A DNA stretch of 64,000 nucleotides from an uncultured delta proteobacterium (GCA_963743175.1 CAVUOQ010000004.1:58646-122645), one strand, 5' to 3'; shown: positions 30,997-41,426, numbered from the stretch's first letter. The notes: generated by a model from the sequence alone, not told the origin. A program made the numbers and translations.

Positions 30997-32094
30997 ATGA
31001 AAAGAAAACTCGGTTTGTTTGCATTGATGTCAGCGTTGGTTTTTTTCCTGGTTTTATTCATGCAAGCCGCGGCGTCGGCCGAGACGATCCGGTGGCGCAT
31101 GGCGACGGGGCGGACCCCCGCATTGACGCCCTATCATGAAGCCGACTTGAACCTGGCTAAAATGATCAATGACATGAGCGGCGGTCGGCTGGTCATTACC
31201 GTTCACCCTGCAGGCGAGCTCATGCCGGCATTCGAGGTTTTCGACGCCACAAGAAACGGTACGATTCAGATGGCGTCGGCATGGTCCACATACTGGACGA
31301 CGAAAAATACCGCTTTCGATCTTTTCTGCTCAATGGGATTCATGATGACGGCCTCCGACTGGATGACATGGCTCTACAATGGTGGCGGGCTCGCGCTGGG
31401 GCAGGAATTGTACGCAAAATACAATATGAAGTTCTTCCCGATGGCTGTTACCGGACCGGAATCAGGGTTCCGACTCAGGAAACCCATCCACACCATTGCT
31501 GATTTCAAGGGGCGGAAGCTCCGGACGGGCGTGCTCCAGACGATCTGGATCCTGCAGCAGTTGGGCGCCAGCCCGGTCAGGATACCGGGAGGCGAGGTGT
31601 ACATGGCGTTAAAGCTTGGAACCATCGATGGGGGGGAGTACGGTGTTCCCTCAACGGACTGGAATATGAAGTTTCAGGAAACAACCAAGTATTGGATGAC
31701 GCCGGCCGGCTGGCATCAGGTCGGAACGGTTTCCGATTTGATGATCAACATGGATGCCTGGAATAAACTGCCCGTTGACCTCAAGGCCATCGTCGAAACG
31801 GCCGCCCGGGCGAATATGTCATGGTCCTACGCAAAAGCCAACTGGGATGCTATTGCAGCGGTGAAAAACTTCCAGAAAGCGGGGATCAAGGAAAGCAAAC
31901 TCGATAAAGCAGCACAGGAAAAGATAGAAAGCCTCGCCATGCAGTTCATGGAGAATGAATCCGCCAAAAATCCCGACTACGCGAAGATCGCCAAGTCCAT
32001 GGTCAAATATCTTAAGGAATTTGACAGCGTCCGCAATCTCGAAGGCCGCTTTGCAGCGGGAACAAGTCTCAAGAAATATCCCAACATCAAGTAA
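30997..32094 (+). CDS. dctP: TRAP transporter substrate-binding protein
   Basis: Signal peptide, MSGGRL..HPAGEL, DFKGRKLR, GGEVYMAL..GTIDG. Confidence 0.9.
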   Translation: MKRKLGLFALMSALVFFLVLFMQAAASAETIRWRMATGRTPALTPYHEADLNLAKMINDMSGGRLVITVHPAGELMPAFEVFDATRNGTIQMASAWSTYWTTKNTAFDLFCSMGFMMTASDWMTWLYNGGGLALGQELYAKYNMKFFPMAVTGPESGFRLRKPIHTIADFKGRKLRTGVLQTIWILQQLGASPVRIPGGEVYMALKLGTIDGGEYGVPSTDWNMKFQETTKYWMTPAGWHQVGTVSDLMINMDAWNKLPVDLKAIVETAARANMSWSYAKANWDAIAAVKNFQKAGIKESKLDKAAQEKIESLAMQFMENESAKNPDYAKIAKSMVKYLKEFDSVRNLEGRFAAGTSLKKYPNIK

Positions 32095-32107
32095 AGTATT
32101 GCACGAA

Positions 32108-32153
32108 TCATGAGGCCCCGCTCCGGGTTTCCCCGGCAAGCGGGCCTCATGAT
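32108..32153 (+). terminator. Stem-loop after dctP (mRNA stabiliser or partial terminator)
   Basis: TCATGAGGCCCCGC...GCGGGCCTCATGA inverted repeat. Confidence 0.55.
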
Positions 32154-32193
32154 GACCGCAATGACAAAACCTGATTTGCACAAGGGGGGTCTT

Positions 32194-32709
32194 ATGATGT
32201 TGCAGCAACTGATGAAGGTTTGTGACGGCATCAATGAATGGACCGGTCGAACGGTGGCCTGGTTGGTATGGATCGTGATGATCCTGTGCGTATTTGAAGT
32301 GATCACGCGGCGTATCTTCAACGCTCCCCACATCTGGTCCTACGACGTGATCAATGTCTTCTACGCCGTCAACTTCATGCTTCTGGGGGGCTATACGCTG
32401 CTGAAACACGGACATGTATCTGTTGATATTTTTTCCGTGCGTCTTTCGAAAAAATTACAGTCTCTGCTACAAATCATCACCTATCTCATTTTTTTCTTTC
32501 CCTTTGTCATCGTGATTTTTTATGTGGGATGGAAGACCGCCATGGTATCCTGGATGGATTTCGAACGGACATCCATCGGATTGCCCCTCATCATGCCCGT
32601 CATGAAGACGGCCATACCGGTCGCTGCATTGTTGCTTTTCATCCAGGGCATTCCTGAACTGACAAGATCCCTCATTTCTTTCATGAAGGAGGATCAGCCT
32701 GATGTTTAA
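32194..32709 (+). CDS. dctQ: TRAP transporter small permease
   Basis: EVITRRIFNAPHIWS, HGHVSVDI, four TM helices. Confidence 0.9.
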   Translation: MMLQQLMKVCDGINEWTGRTVAWLVWIVMILCVFEVITRRIFNAPHIWSYDVINVFYAVNFMLLGGYTLLKHGHVSVDIFSVRLSKKLQSLLQIITYLIFFFPFVIVIFYVGWKTAMVSWMDFERTSIGLPLIMPVMKTAIPVAALLLFIQGIPELTRSLISFMKEDQPDV

Positions 32710-34029
32710 TATTGATCCCATCACAATCACGTTCCTGATGTTTGGCGGACTCCTCTTAGGCCTGTTTCTCGGCCATTCTCTTGCTTTTGTATTCGGCGGG
32801 CTCGCGGTGATCTTCGGATACATCACGTGGGGGCCGGTCTGTTTTTCTCTTTTCTCCAGTCGCATCATCGGCTTAATGGATAATTTCATCCTGGTGGCGA
32901 TTCCCATGTTCATTCTGATGGCAAACCTGCTCAATAGCTCCGGCGTCGCGGACAATCTTTTCGATTCACTGCGGTACCTGATGGGCCCGATACGCGGAGG
33001 CATCGCGCTGGCCGTGGTGATCGTCTGTACGCTCTTTGCCGCCTGCACGGGCGTGATTGCCGCTTCCATCGTCTCCATGGGGCTGCTGGGGCTTCCGATC
33101 ATGATCAAATACGGCTATGATAAAGAACTGGCCTGCGGGACCATTTGCGCGGGAGGGTCGCTGGGCATCCTCATTCCACCCAGCATCATGCTCGTTGTCA
33201 TGGCCGACATGACCGGGCTTTCGGTGGGCAAACTCTTTGTCGGCAGCCTTGTCCCCGGCCTCTTGCTTGCCTTTTTATACGCCCTTTATATTCTGGTTTT
33301 GTGCGGGTTCAAGCCGGAGCTGGGACCGCCCCTGTCAAAAGAAGAGAGAGACAAGGTGTCCATGCCCCAGGTCCTCAAGATGGCGCTGGTATCCCTGGTC
33401 CCGCCTGTCATTCTCATCCTGGGCGTTCTGGGCTCGATATTCACCGGGGTAGCCACAGCGACTGAAGCTTCTGCCGTCGGGGCGTTCCTGGCGCTGCTGA
33501 TGACCATAGCATACGGGCGTTTCAGCTGGAAGATGCTGGAAGAAGTGACTTTTTCTACGGCAAAGACCGTCGCCATGGTCATGTTTATCCTGGTGGGCGC
33601 CACCTGCTTTACCGGTGTATTTATGGGTAGCGGAGGAGGCAATGCAGTGTCAACTTTCATCATGGGACTCGGTCTCGGAAAATGGGGCACCCTTTTCATT
33701 ATGCATTTTGTCATTTTTATTTTGGGATGTTCATCGACTGGATCGGCATCGTCTATCTGACTTTTCCCATATTTATCCCGATTGCGGCGGAGCTCGGTTT
33801 TGATCCGCTCTGGTTTGTGGTGCTTACAGCCGTCAATCTCCAGTCTTCCTTTCTGACGCCGCCTTTCGGATATGCCCTTTTTTTCATGAAAGGCATTGCG
33901 GCCAAGGATCTCACAACGGCGCAGATCTACCGCAGCGTCGTTCCTTTTGTCATTATCATTCTCGTCGGAGTACTGCTGTGCGTCTTGTTCCCAGAGTTGA
34001 TAACAACGCCCGCTGAATGGATAGAATAG
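32702..34029 (+). CDS. dctM: TRAP transporter large permease (apparent frameshift near 33726)
   Basis: LVAIPMFILM, GSLGILIPPSI, ATATEA; continues as GMFIDW..FLTPPFG in the next frame. Confidence 0.9.
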
Positions 34030-34056
34030 GTTAGACTCAATGAAAGGGCAAATGAA

Positions 34057-34683
34057 ATGGAAAGGAAACGGATCGGCATCGTGTTATTTGAGAATGTTGA
34101 AGTTCTCGATTTTTGCGGCCCTTTTGAAGTCTTCTCCTCCACCCGTCTCAATGAGGAAAGGAGACTTGAAGAACCATCGCCATTTGAAGTGCTGTTGGTC
34201 GCAGAGAAAAACGACACTGTGCTCACAACGGGAGGTATGAAAGTTATTCCAGACCATACATTTGAGAGTTGCCCAAAGTTGGATATTCTTGTCGTTCCCG
34301 GTGGTTGGGGTATTCGCAAAGAACTAAAAAACCCTGCAATGCTCAATTGGTTGCGTCATCGCGCCTCGGAGGTCGAAACCCTGACATCGGTTTGTACGGG
34401 TTCAATGCTTCTCGGGTTTGCTGGCTTACTTGAAGGGTGCCACGCAACAACCCACTGGCGCTCGCTCGATTGGATGCGTGAATCGTTTCCATCGGTAACG
34501 GTTGAGTATGACAAGCATGTTGTCGAAGATGGGCGGATATTCACCTCCGCAGGCATTTCTGCAGGGATCGATATGGCGCTCATGGTTGTCGCTCGCTATT
34601 GCGGTGAAGTCATTGCGCGAAGCACAGCCAAGCGCATGGAATACCCGTATCCTGAAAATAATGCCCGCAGAATTGAGTTCTAG
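34057..34683 (+). CDS. DJ-1/PfpI family protein
   Basis: EVLDFCGPFEVF, LVVPGG, SVCTGS, TSAGISAGIDM. Confidence 0.92.
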   Translation: MERKRIGIVLFENVEVLDFCGPFEVFSSTRLNEERRLEEPSPFEVLLVAEKNDTVLTTGGMKVIPDHTFESCPKLDILVVPGGWGIRKELKNPAMLNWLRHRASEVETLTSVCTGSMLLGFAGLLEGCHATTHWRSLDWMRESFPSVTVEYDKHVVEDGRIFTSAGISAGIDMALMVVARYCGEVIARSTAKRMEYPYPENNARRIEF

Positions 34684-34743
34684 CCTAACCATCTAATACA
34701 TATGGACCCGTGGTGCCGCGGGCCGGTGATCGTTTCGATATGA
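34683..34743 (+). other. Degenerate attC-like site
   Basis: GCCTAAC overlapping the stop codon, central stem CCCGTGG/CCGCGGG, GGTGAT, degenerate R' GATATGA; GTTAGAC core at 34030..34036. Confidence 0.45.
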
Positions 34744-34874
34744 ACCGGCCTGAGTGCACATGCCGTTAAACAATGAAGCATCTCGAAACGATGATTCGCC
34801 GTAGAAAATAAAGGTATCTGCCAAAGCAAGAAAAATGAACTCGCAAGATCACAATATCATTCTCAACAGGAGGT

Positions 34875-36794
34875 ATGCCGGTCATGAGAAAGAATAAAAT
34901 TGTAACCCCCGCCGAAGCAATGGCTGAGATCAAGGATGGCGATGTCCTGGCCGTTGAAGGCTTCCTCGGAAGCGGTACGGCGGAAGAACTCTGCCTGGCC
35001 CTCGAGAAAAGATACCTGGAGACGAAGGCCCCAAAAAATCTGACCTTGATTCATTCCTCTGGGCCGGGGGATGCGGCAACACGCGGCATCAATCATCTCG
35101 CCCACAAGGGATTGTTCAAACGCGTGATCTCCGGCCACTTCGGCCTGGTTCCAAAAATCGGAAGGCTTGTCCTCGAAAACGAATTTGATACATACAACTT
35201 TCCGCAGGGCATTCTCACAAACTTCTATCGGGCCGTGGCCGGAAATCGTCCCGGATTTTTTTCCAAGGTCGGTCTGGGGACATTCGTTGATCCACGTATC
35301 GAGGGTGGCAAAATCAACGAAAAAGCCAGGGAGGATCTGATCCGCATCATCGAAATCGACGGACAGGAGTGGCTCTTCATGAAGTCATTCCCCATCGACG
35401 TGTGTTTTGTCCGCGGGACGACGGCGGATATCACCGGCAATGTTTCGATGGAAAGGGAGGTGCTGACCGTGGACGCCCTGTCGACGGCCATGGCGACACA
35501 CAACAGTGGCGGCATCGTCATCGCACAGGTGGAGCGAATCGCCAACAGGGGTTCGTTGCGCCCGAAGGACGTGAAGATACCGGGTATTCTGGTCGACTAT
35601 GTGGTAGTCGCCGCACCGGCCAACCACATGCAGACCTTCGCGACACAGTACAGCCCGTCTTTTGCAGGGGAAGTCCGTATACCCATGAAATCAGGACAGA
35701 AGCTCGCCCTTGACGAGCGTAAAATCATCGCGCGCCGGGCGAACTTGGAACTGCGGCCCTACGACATCATCAACCTGGGCATCGGAGTGCCTGAGGGCGT
35801 CTCCGTGGTTGCCAACGAGGAAAAGATCCTGGATTATCTGACGATGACCGTGGAGCCCGGCATTATCGGCGGCATGCCGACGGGAGGCCTCGATTTCGGC
35901 GCTGCCGTAAACCCTGAAGCGATCATCGACATGCCCGACCAGTTCGATTTCTATGACGGCGGTGGACTGGACCTCGCCTGTCTGGGCATGGCGCAGTGCG
36001 ACGCGCAGGGCAACGTCAATTCCAGCAAATTCGGCCCTCGCCTGGCCGGCTGCGGCGGTTTTATTGACATCAGCCAGAATGCGAAAAAGACCCTATTTGT
36101 GGGCACATTTACGGCGGGGGGGTTGGAGATCGCGATTGAAAACGGCAGGCTTAAAATTATCCACGAAGGCAAAACCAAGAAATTTATCAAGCAGGTCGAT
36201 CAGATCACGTTCAGCGGTAGAATAGGCAGCACGAGCGGCCAGGATATCTTTTATATGACCGAACGGTGCATTTTGAAGCTGATAAACGGAAAGGTGGAAT
36301 TAATCGAAGTCGCACCCGGCATCGATATCGAAACAGACATCCTGGCGCATATGGATTTTCGTCCTGTCATGAATGACGTCAAGATCATGGATGCAAGAAT
36401 TTTCAAACCCTCTGCGATGGGCATTCGTAAGGAATTCCTCAAATACGATATTCAGAAACGCAGTGACTTGTTAACTGATCAAAACACATTGTTCCTCAAC
36501 CTCAAAGGACTGGAAGCTGAAAATATCCAGGATATCGAGATCGTCAAAGAGGTGATCGAACAGAAGTGTGCCGAAGGAGGAGGAAAAATCAAGGCAGTCG
36601 CGACGTACGCCTTCGACATCGATGAAGAGCTGATGGACGCTTACGTGGAAATGGGTGCGTATATAGCCAAAAATTATCACGCCACCGTCTCACAATTTGG
36701 AAATCGTGAAGAAATGAAAGAGAAACTCGGCGACGAATTTGTGAAGCGCGCACTTGAATCTAAAATACACAAACCCCGGACATGTAAATATTGA
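34875..36794 (+). CDS. Acyl-CoA:acetate/propionate CoA-transferase (YdiF/Pct family) with C-terminal extension
   Basis: GLGTFVDPR, INLGIGVPE, catalytic EPGIIGG, FYDGGGLD, GCGGFIDISQNA. Confidence 0.93.
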   Translation: MPVMRKNKIVTPAEAMAEIKDGDVLAVEGFLGSGTAEELCLALEKRYLETKAPKNLTLIHSSGPGDAATRGINHLAHKGLFKRVISGHFGLVPKIGRLVLENEFDTYNFPQGILTNFYRAVAGNRPGFFSKVGLGTFVDPRIEGGKINEKAREDLIRIIEIDGQEWLFMKSFPIDVCFVRGTTADITGNVSMEREVLTVDALSTAMATHNSGGIVIAQVERIANRGSLRPKDVKIPGILVDYVVVAAPANHMQTFATQYSPSFAGEVRIPMKSGQKLALDERKIIARRANLELRPYDIINLGIGVPEGVSVVANEEKILDYLTMTVEPGIIGGMPTGGLDFGAAVNPEAIIDMPDQFDFYDGGGLDLACLGMAQCDAQGNVNSSKFGPRLAGCGGFIDISQNAKKTLFVGTFTAGGLEIAIENGRLKIIHEGKTKKFIKQVDQITFSGRIGSTSGQDIFYMTERCILKLINGKVELIEVAPGIDIETDILAHMDFRPVMNDVKIMDARIFKPSAMGIRKEFLKYDIQKRSDLLTDQNTLFLNLKGLEAENIQDIEIVKEVIEQKCAEGGGKIKAVATYAFDIDEELMDAYVEMGAYIAKNYHATVSQFGNREEMKEKLGDEFVKRALESKIHKPRTCKY

Positions 36795-36864
36795 CGGCAG
36801 CGAAAAGAAGTTCATCTGCCTCGTTGTGTTTCATCTTTCGTCGTTGCGGCGTGCGCCCAAATAC
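36792..36864. repeat. Partial family A element
   Basis: TGACGGCAGCGAAAAGAAGTTCATCTGC...CTTTCGTCGTTGCGGCGT resembles the reverse complement of 6600..6668; starts at the upstream gene's TGA. Confidence 0.65.
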
Positions 36865-36952
36865 GTTTGGCGGTTCTATCAGTCTTAACGAAAGCGCGCG
36901 TACGCAGTTTATATTCCGCACAAAGTTGCTATCGCGCCATACCATTATTTCT

Positions 36953-36981
36953 TTGACACATATCTATGATCATCTTATACT
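36953..36981 (+). promoter_or_regulatory. Sigma-70 promoter for mtnA
   Basis: TTGACA-N17-TATACT, 9 nt before the ATG; no Shine-Dalgarno. Confidence 0.7.
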
Positions 36982-36990
36982 CTCCTCCAA

Positions 36991-38040
36991 ATGAATCAGA
37001 TCCGAACCCTGTTCTGGGAAGACAATAAAGTCGTCATGATCGACCAGAAGGCCCTGCCGCTGGAGGAACGCACGCTTGTCTGCACGCGATACGAAGAAGT
37101 CATCGCGGCCATCAACGATCTGACCGTCCGGGGCGCCCCGGCCATCGGCGTGGCCGCCGCCATGGGCATCGCTCTGGGTGCGCGACAGATTCAGGCGGCA
37201 AACCCCGAGGCGTTTCAAAGGGATTTCATGGCGATCTGCGACACATTCGCCCGGACCCGCCCGACGGCCCGCAACCTCTTCTGGGCCATCGAACGCATGA
37301 AACGATGCTTCGAAAAGACGCTGGCATCAGACACATCCATAATCCCCTCTGACATCAGCCAAGCCCTCGTCGCCGAGGCCATCGGGATTTGCGAAGAGGA
37401 CATCGCCATCAACCGGAAGATGGGCGCCAACGGCCGGTCCCTGATCAAGGACGGCGACCGCATTCTGACCCACTGCAATGCCGGCGCGCTGGCTACGGCC
37501 GGATATGGCACGGCCCTCGGCGTCATGCGCGCGGCCTGTGAGGAAGGGAAAAAAATCCACGTCTTCGTGGATGAGACGCGGCCGGTTCTGCAGGGGGCGC
37601 GGCTGACGGCCTGGGAGCTCATGAAGGAAAACATTCCCGCCACGCTTATTACCGACAATATGGCCGGGTTTCTCATGCAGCGCGGGAAAATCGATCTGGT
37701 CATCACGGGAGCGGATCGCATCGCCGCAAACGGCGACACGGCCAACAAGATCGGTACCTATGCCCTGGCGGTTCTGGCAAAGGAGAACAACATCCCTTTC
37801 TATATCGCGGCGCCTATCTCGACGATCGACCTGTCCCTGAAAACCGGCGACGAGATCCCTATTGAAGAACGCAGCAGCGAAGAAGTCGTTGCTTTTCAAG
37901 GCGCTCGGAGCGCCCCCGTCGGTATGCCGGTCTATAACCCGGCCTTCGACGTGACCCCGCACCGCTACATCACGGCCATCATCACCGAGACCGGCGTCAT
38001 CCGGCCTCCTTTTGCGACAAATCTGTCCGGTATTTTTTAA
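36991..38040 (+). CDS. mtnA: Methylthioribose-1-phosphate isomerase
   Basis: [52 protein letters not shown]. Confidence 0.95.
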   Translation: MNQIRTLFWEDNKVVMIDQKALPLEERTLVCTRYEEVIAAINDLTVRGAPAIGVAAAMGIALGARQIQAANPEAFQRDFMAICDTFARTRPTARNLFWAIERMKRCFEKTLASDTSIIPSDISQALVAEAIGICEEDIAINRKMGANGRSLIKDGDRILTHCNAGALATAGYGTALGVMRAACEEGKKIHVFVDETRPVLQGARLTAWELMKENIPATLITDNMAGFLMQRGKIDLVITGADRIAANGDTANKIGTYALAVLAKENNIPFYIAAPISTIDLSLKTGDEIPIEERSSEEVVAFQGARSAPVGMPVYNPAFDVTPHRYITAIITETGVIRPPFATNLSGIF

Positions 38041-38160
38041 AAGGCCTCTTGTGTTTTGCCTGTGTCAGATTTTCCGACCGGCGGGATGACTCTTAAGGGA
38101 GGTCGTTTGAGGGAAACAAGCAGCTTTATTTCTTTCCTGCAATCTTCCTGTATGACGCTG

Positions 38161-38877
38161 TCACGGTTTCGCTGCCGGTTTCACTTTCGATTCCGGCAGG
38201 GGTCCCGTCCTGTTATTCAGGGCGGACCGGGCGATGCGCGTTACATAAACCGTCACCGCGACCGTTGCAATAAAACCGGCGATGTATAGAACCCATTCGG
38301 CGTTGGTTCTGGTCCGACCGTCGGCGCCGAGCCGCGCCAGATCACCGATCAGCGAGCCGATATAGACATACATGACGGTTCCGGGCAGCATGCCGATCCA
38401 GGAGGCAAAAAAGTAGTCTCTGAGCGACACCTTGGTCAGGCCATAAGCGTAATTCAGCAGGTTGAAGGGAAATGCCGGCGACAGGCGGGTCAGACCGACG
38501 ATTTTCCAGCCCTCTCTGGCAACGGCATCATCGATGGCCCTGAACCGGGGATGCCCTTCAATTCTTCTTGCTACCCAATCTCTGGCAACGTATCTGCCGA
38601 CGAGAAAGGCGGCAGTGGCGCCGAGCGTAGCCGATATGGAAACAATGATGGACCCCGCGACGAGACCGAACAGGACGCCTGCCCCCAGCGTCAGAATCGA
38701 TCCGGGAAGAAACAGGACACAGGCGAGGATATAGATGACCATGAAAATGAGCGGCCCCCACGACCCCAGGCCTGCAATCCAGTCAAGGGCGCGCACCAAT
38801 AATTCCTGGGCGTTGAAGTATTGCGCGGCAGCGAGCAGAACGATAATGCCCGCGGCGGCAAATGCCAGCTTTTTCAT
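38161..38877 (-). CDS. TVP38/TMEM64 (DedA/SNARE-associated) membrane protein
   Basis: LFLPGSILTLGAG, LTRLSPAFPFNLLNY. Confidence 0.9.
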   Translation of the reverse strand: MKKLAFAAAGIIVLLAAAQYFNAQELLVRALDWIAGLGSWGPLIFMVIYILACVLFLPGSILTLGAGVLFGLVAGSIIVSISATLGATAAFLVGRYVARDWVARRIEGHPRFRAIDDAVAREGWKIVGLTRLSPAFPFNLLNYAYGLTKVSLRDYFFASWIGMLPGTVMYVYIGSLIGDLARLGADGRTRTNAEWVLYIAGFIATVAVTVYVTRIARSALNNRTGPLPESKVKPAAKP

Positions 38878-38909
38878 GGGGCTTCAACCTCCTTTTTCCC
38901 GTTTAAACA

Positions 38910-40377
38910 TTACACCTCGGGCAGCGTGCAGGCCCTTCCTTTCAGGTTGAACAGAAACTTGAGAATCCCTTTTGTCCGGTCGCTGAATATCTTGTCCGCA
39001 AAGACCCGGCCCGAAACACGCTTCGAGATTTCAGACAGGGTCGGATAGACATGAACGGCCCCGGCCAATGTCGAAAGCTTCACCCCGCCATTTACAGCAA
39101 CGATCCATTCGTGAATCAATTCCCCCGCGTGAGCACCGACGATCTGACAGCCCAGCAGTTTGTCCTTTCCGTCCAGAAGAATCTTGATCTTACCGATGGG
39201 TTCTCCTTCGGCCAGGGCGCGGTCGTTATCCGCAAAGCGCTCCTCGATGATCCTGTAGTCCAACCCTTCCTTGCGGGCCCGCTTTTCATTGCAGCCGATG
39301 CTGGCCACCTCCGGGTCCGTATACGTGCACCAGCCGATTTTGCCGTAGTCCGCCTTGCGGGGGAGATGCAGGATCGCATTCGTCAGGGCAATGCCCGCTT
39401 CGTATCCGGCCACATGTGTAAAGGGCAATCGGCCATTGACATCGCCGCAGGCGTAGATGTGCGAGACATTGGTCCTCATCCTGGCATCGGTCGGAATGCC
39501 CCGGTTTGTGAAGGATATGCCGGCAGCATCCAGTCCCAACCCATCGATATTGGGCTTCCGGCCTGTAGCGATGAAGATGGCATCCCCTTCGATCGTGGTC
39601 GTTTCCCCGTCGCCGTCGGCCGGGGCGACGGTCAGTGCAATGGCGTCGCCGCGCATTCGAGCCCGGACGGCCTTTGTCGCGGTGTGAATCTCAACGCCTT
39701 CCGTTTCCAGGCGGGCCTTCAGGATATCCGCCATATCGGCGTCTTCCGGACCCAGGATCTGATCCATGAACTCAATGATCACGACCTGAGAACCCAGGCG
39801 GGCAAAGGCCTGGGCGATTTCCAGGCCGATGGGGCCGCCCCCCAGAACGATCAGGCGGGACGGCAGCGTCCTCTGGGAAAAAACCGTCTCGTTCGTCCAG
39901 TAAGGCACCCCGGAAAGCCCCTCCAAGGGCGGCGTCGCCGGGCTGGACCCCGTGGCAATGATCCAGTTGCTTCGCAGAAATTCGCCTGCTGTCCACTTCG
40001 ACGACATGATCATCCTTAAATGCGGCATTTCCGAATCGAATCTCCGCACCCAGTCCGCAGAACCGCTCCGGAGAATCATGAGGCTGGATCTTTTCGATGA
40101 CGGCCTTGACGCGATCCATGACGGCCCCCAGATCCACAGGCGGCAGCGATACCGCCGGCAGGCCGAACGCTTTGAGACGCCTTGCCAGGGACCATACCCC
40201 GGCCGTACGGATCAGAGTTTTTGACGGCACACATCCGAAGTGCAGGCAATCACCCCCCAGCTTATCCGTTTTTTCAATCAGAATGGTTTTGGCGCCGAAC
40301 TGGGCGCCGCCTGCTGCAGCCGTCAGGCCCGCGGCGCCGCCGCCGATGATTCCCAAATCATAGTCATAACTTGGCAT
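38910..40377 (-). CDS. Pyridine nucleotide-disulfide oxidoreductase (MerA/LpdA-like; apparent frameshift near 39970)
   Basis: IIGGGAAG, GGDCLHFGCVPSK, GGGPIGLE, HVYPTLSE; lacks the MerA C-terminal Cys-Cys pair. Confidence 0.88.
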
Positions 40378-40398
40378 AGGTACCTCCATTGTCCGATA

Positions 40399-41199
40399 TC
40401 ATCTCATAAAAGGCATGATCAACAGGGACGTCAGGCTGGAAGACCTGTCGTCATGATAACCATTAAGACCGATTCTCATGCGGTCATGACCCTCCGCGGG
40501 CTGGTCCCGGTAGGTGTCGAACAGGCGGTCCCACCAAGGCACACTGAAACCATAGTTGCTGTTGGTTTCCCCGACAATCACCGAATGGTGCACCCGGTGC
40601 ATATCCGGCGTCACCAGAAACATCCTGATTGTCCGGTCCCAAGGCAAGGGTATCCGCACATTGCCATGGTTGAACATGGAGGCGCCGTTCAGCAGGATTT
40701 CAAAGATCAGCACAGCCACGGCAGGCGCTCCGATGGCGGCCACGACGGCAAGCTTGATCATCAATGACAAGATGATCTCCACGGGATGAAAGCGCAGGCC
40801 CGACGTCACATCAATGTCCTGATCGGTATGATGCACCTTGTGCAGGCGCCACAAGAGCGGCGTCCGATGAAACAGGACATGCTGAAGGTAAATAGCCAGA
40901 TCCAGCGCCAGGACGCCGATCACAACCGCCGGGCCCGGGGCAATATAAAAGATATTCAGCAATCCCCAGCCCCGGTCGGCCATCAACACCGCCAGTCCCA
41001 TAGGAAGCACGGGAAAAATGAGGCGCGGGACAGAGGCGTCGATTGCCTGCATTGCGATATTTGCGAACCAGCGCCGGGGCTTCGATACGGACAGTCTTCG
41101 CCTGGGTGCGACGGCTTCCACAATCGCCACACAGCAGAATATGACCGCAAAGCATCCGATCCGGATCAGGGTTTCCCGGGAAATGAAATCAACGCCCAT
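40399..41199 (-). CDS. Sterol desaturase/fatty acid hydroxylase family protein
   Basis: His boxes HVLFH, HKVHH, RFHP, HRVHH; NSNYG..WDRLF. Confidence 0.9.
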   Translation of the reverse strand: MGVDFISRETLIRIGCFAVIFCCVAIVEAVAPRRRLSVSKPRRWFANIAMQAIDASVPRLIFPVLPMGLAVLMADRGWGLLNIFYIAPGPAVVIGVLALDLAIYLQHVLFHRTPLLWRLHKVHHTDQDIDVTSGLRFHPVEIILSLMIKLAVVAAIGAPAVAVLIFEILLNGASMFNHGNVRIPLPWDRTIRMFLVTPDMHRVHHSVIVGETNSNYGFSVPWWDRLFDTYRDQPAEGHDRMRIGLNGYHDDRSSSLTSLLIMPFMR

Positions 41200-41426
41200 A
41201 GGCCCTCATGAATCCGTTTTCCTCGAATGACAACCGGTCTGTTTCAGGAATCTCAATCCACAATGTTATCGATGCGAATAAGCTACCACGGTTCGCGCCG
41301 GAAATCCATTATGATTCACCAGTTAACGCTGGGATCGGTGAGGGAAAATTCCTCAATTACGGCGGGGACTTTACAAAACCGCCGGAGATTCCAATTGTCC
41401 TGTCTCCCCGATGCACCGTACGGGCT

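Larger units (their letters stand above)
18543..37061. mobile_element. ~18.5 kb genomic island inserted in mtnA, bounded by a 32-bp direct repeat
   Basis: GTCGTCATGATCGACCAGAAGGCCCTGCCGCT at 18543..18574 and 37030..37061; AT-richer cargo; no integrase seen. Confidence 0.75.

Noticed and set aside
38910-40377. True mercuric reductase merA
   Set aside because: No C-terminal Cys-Cys pair, no NmerA domain and no merR/T/P nearby
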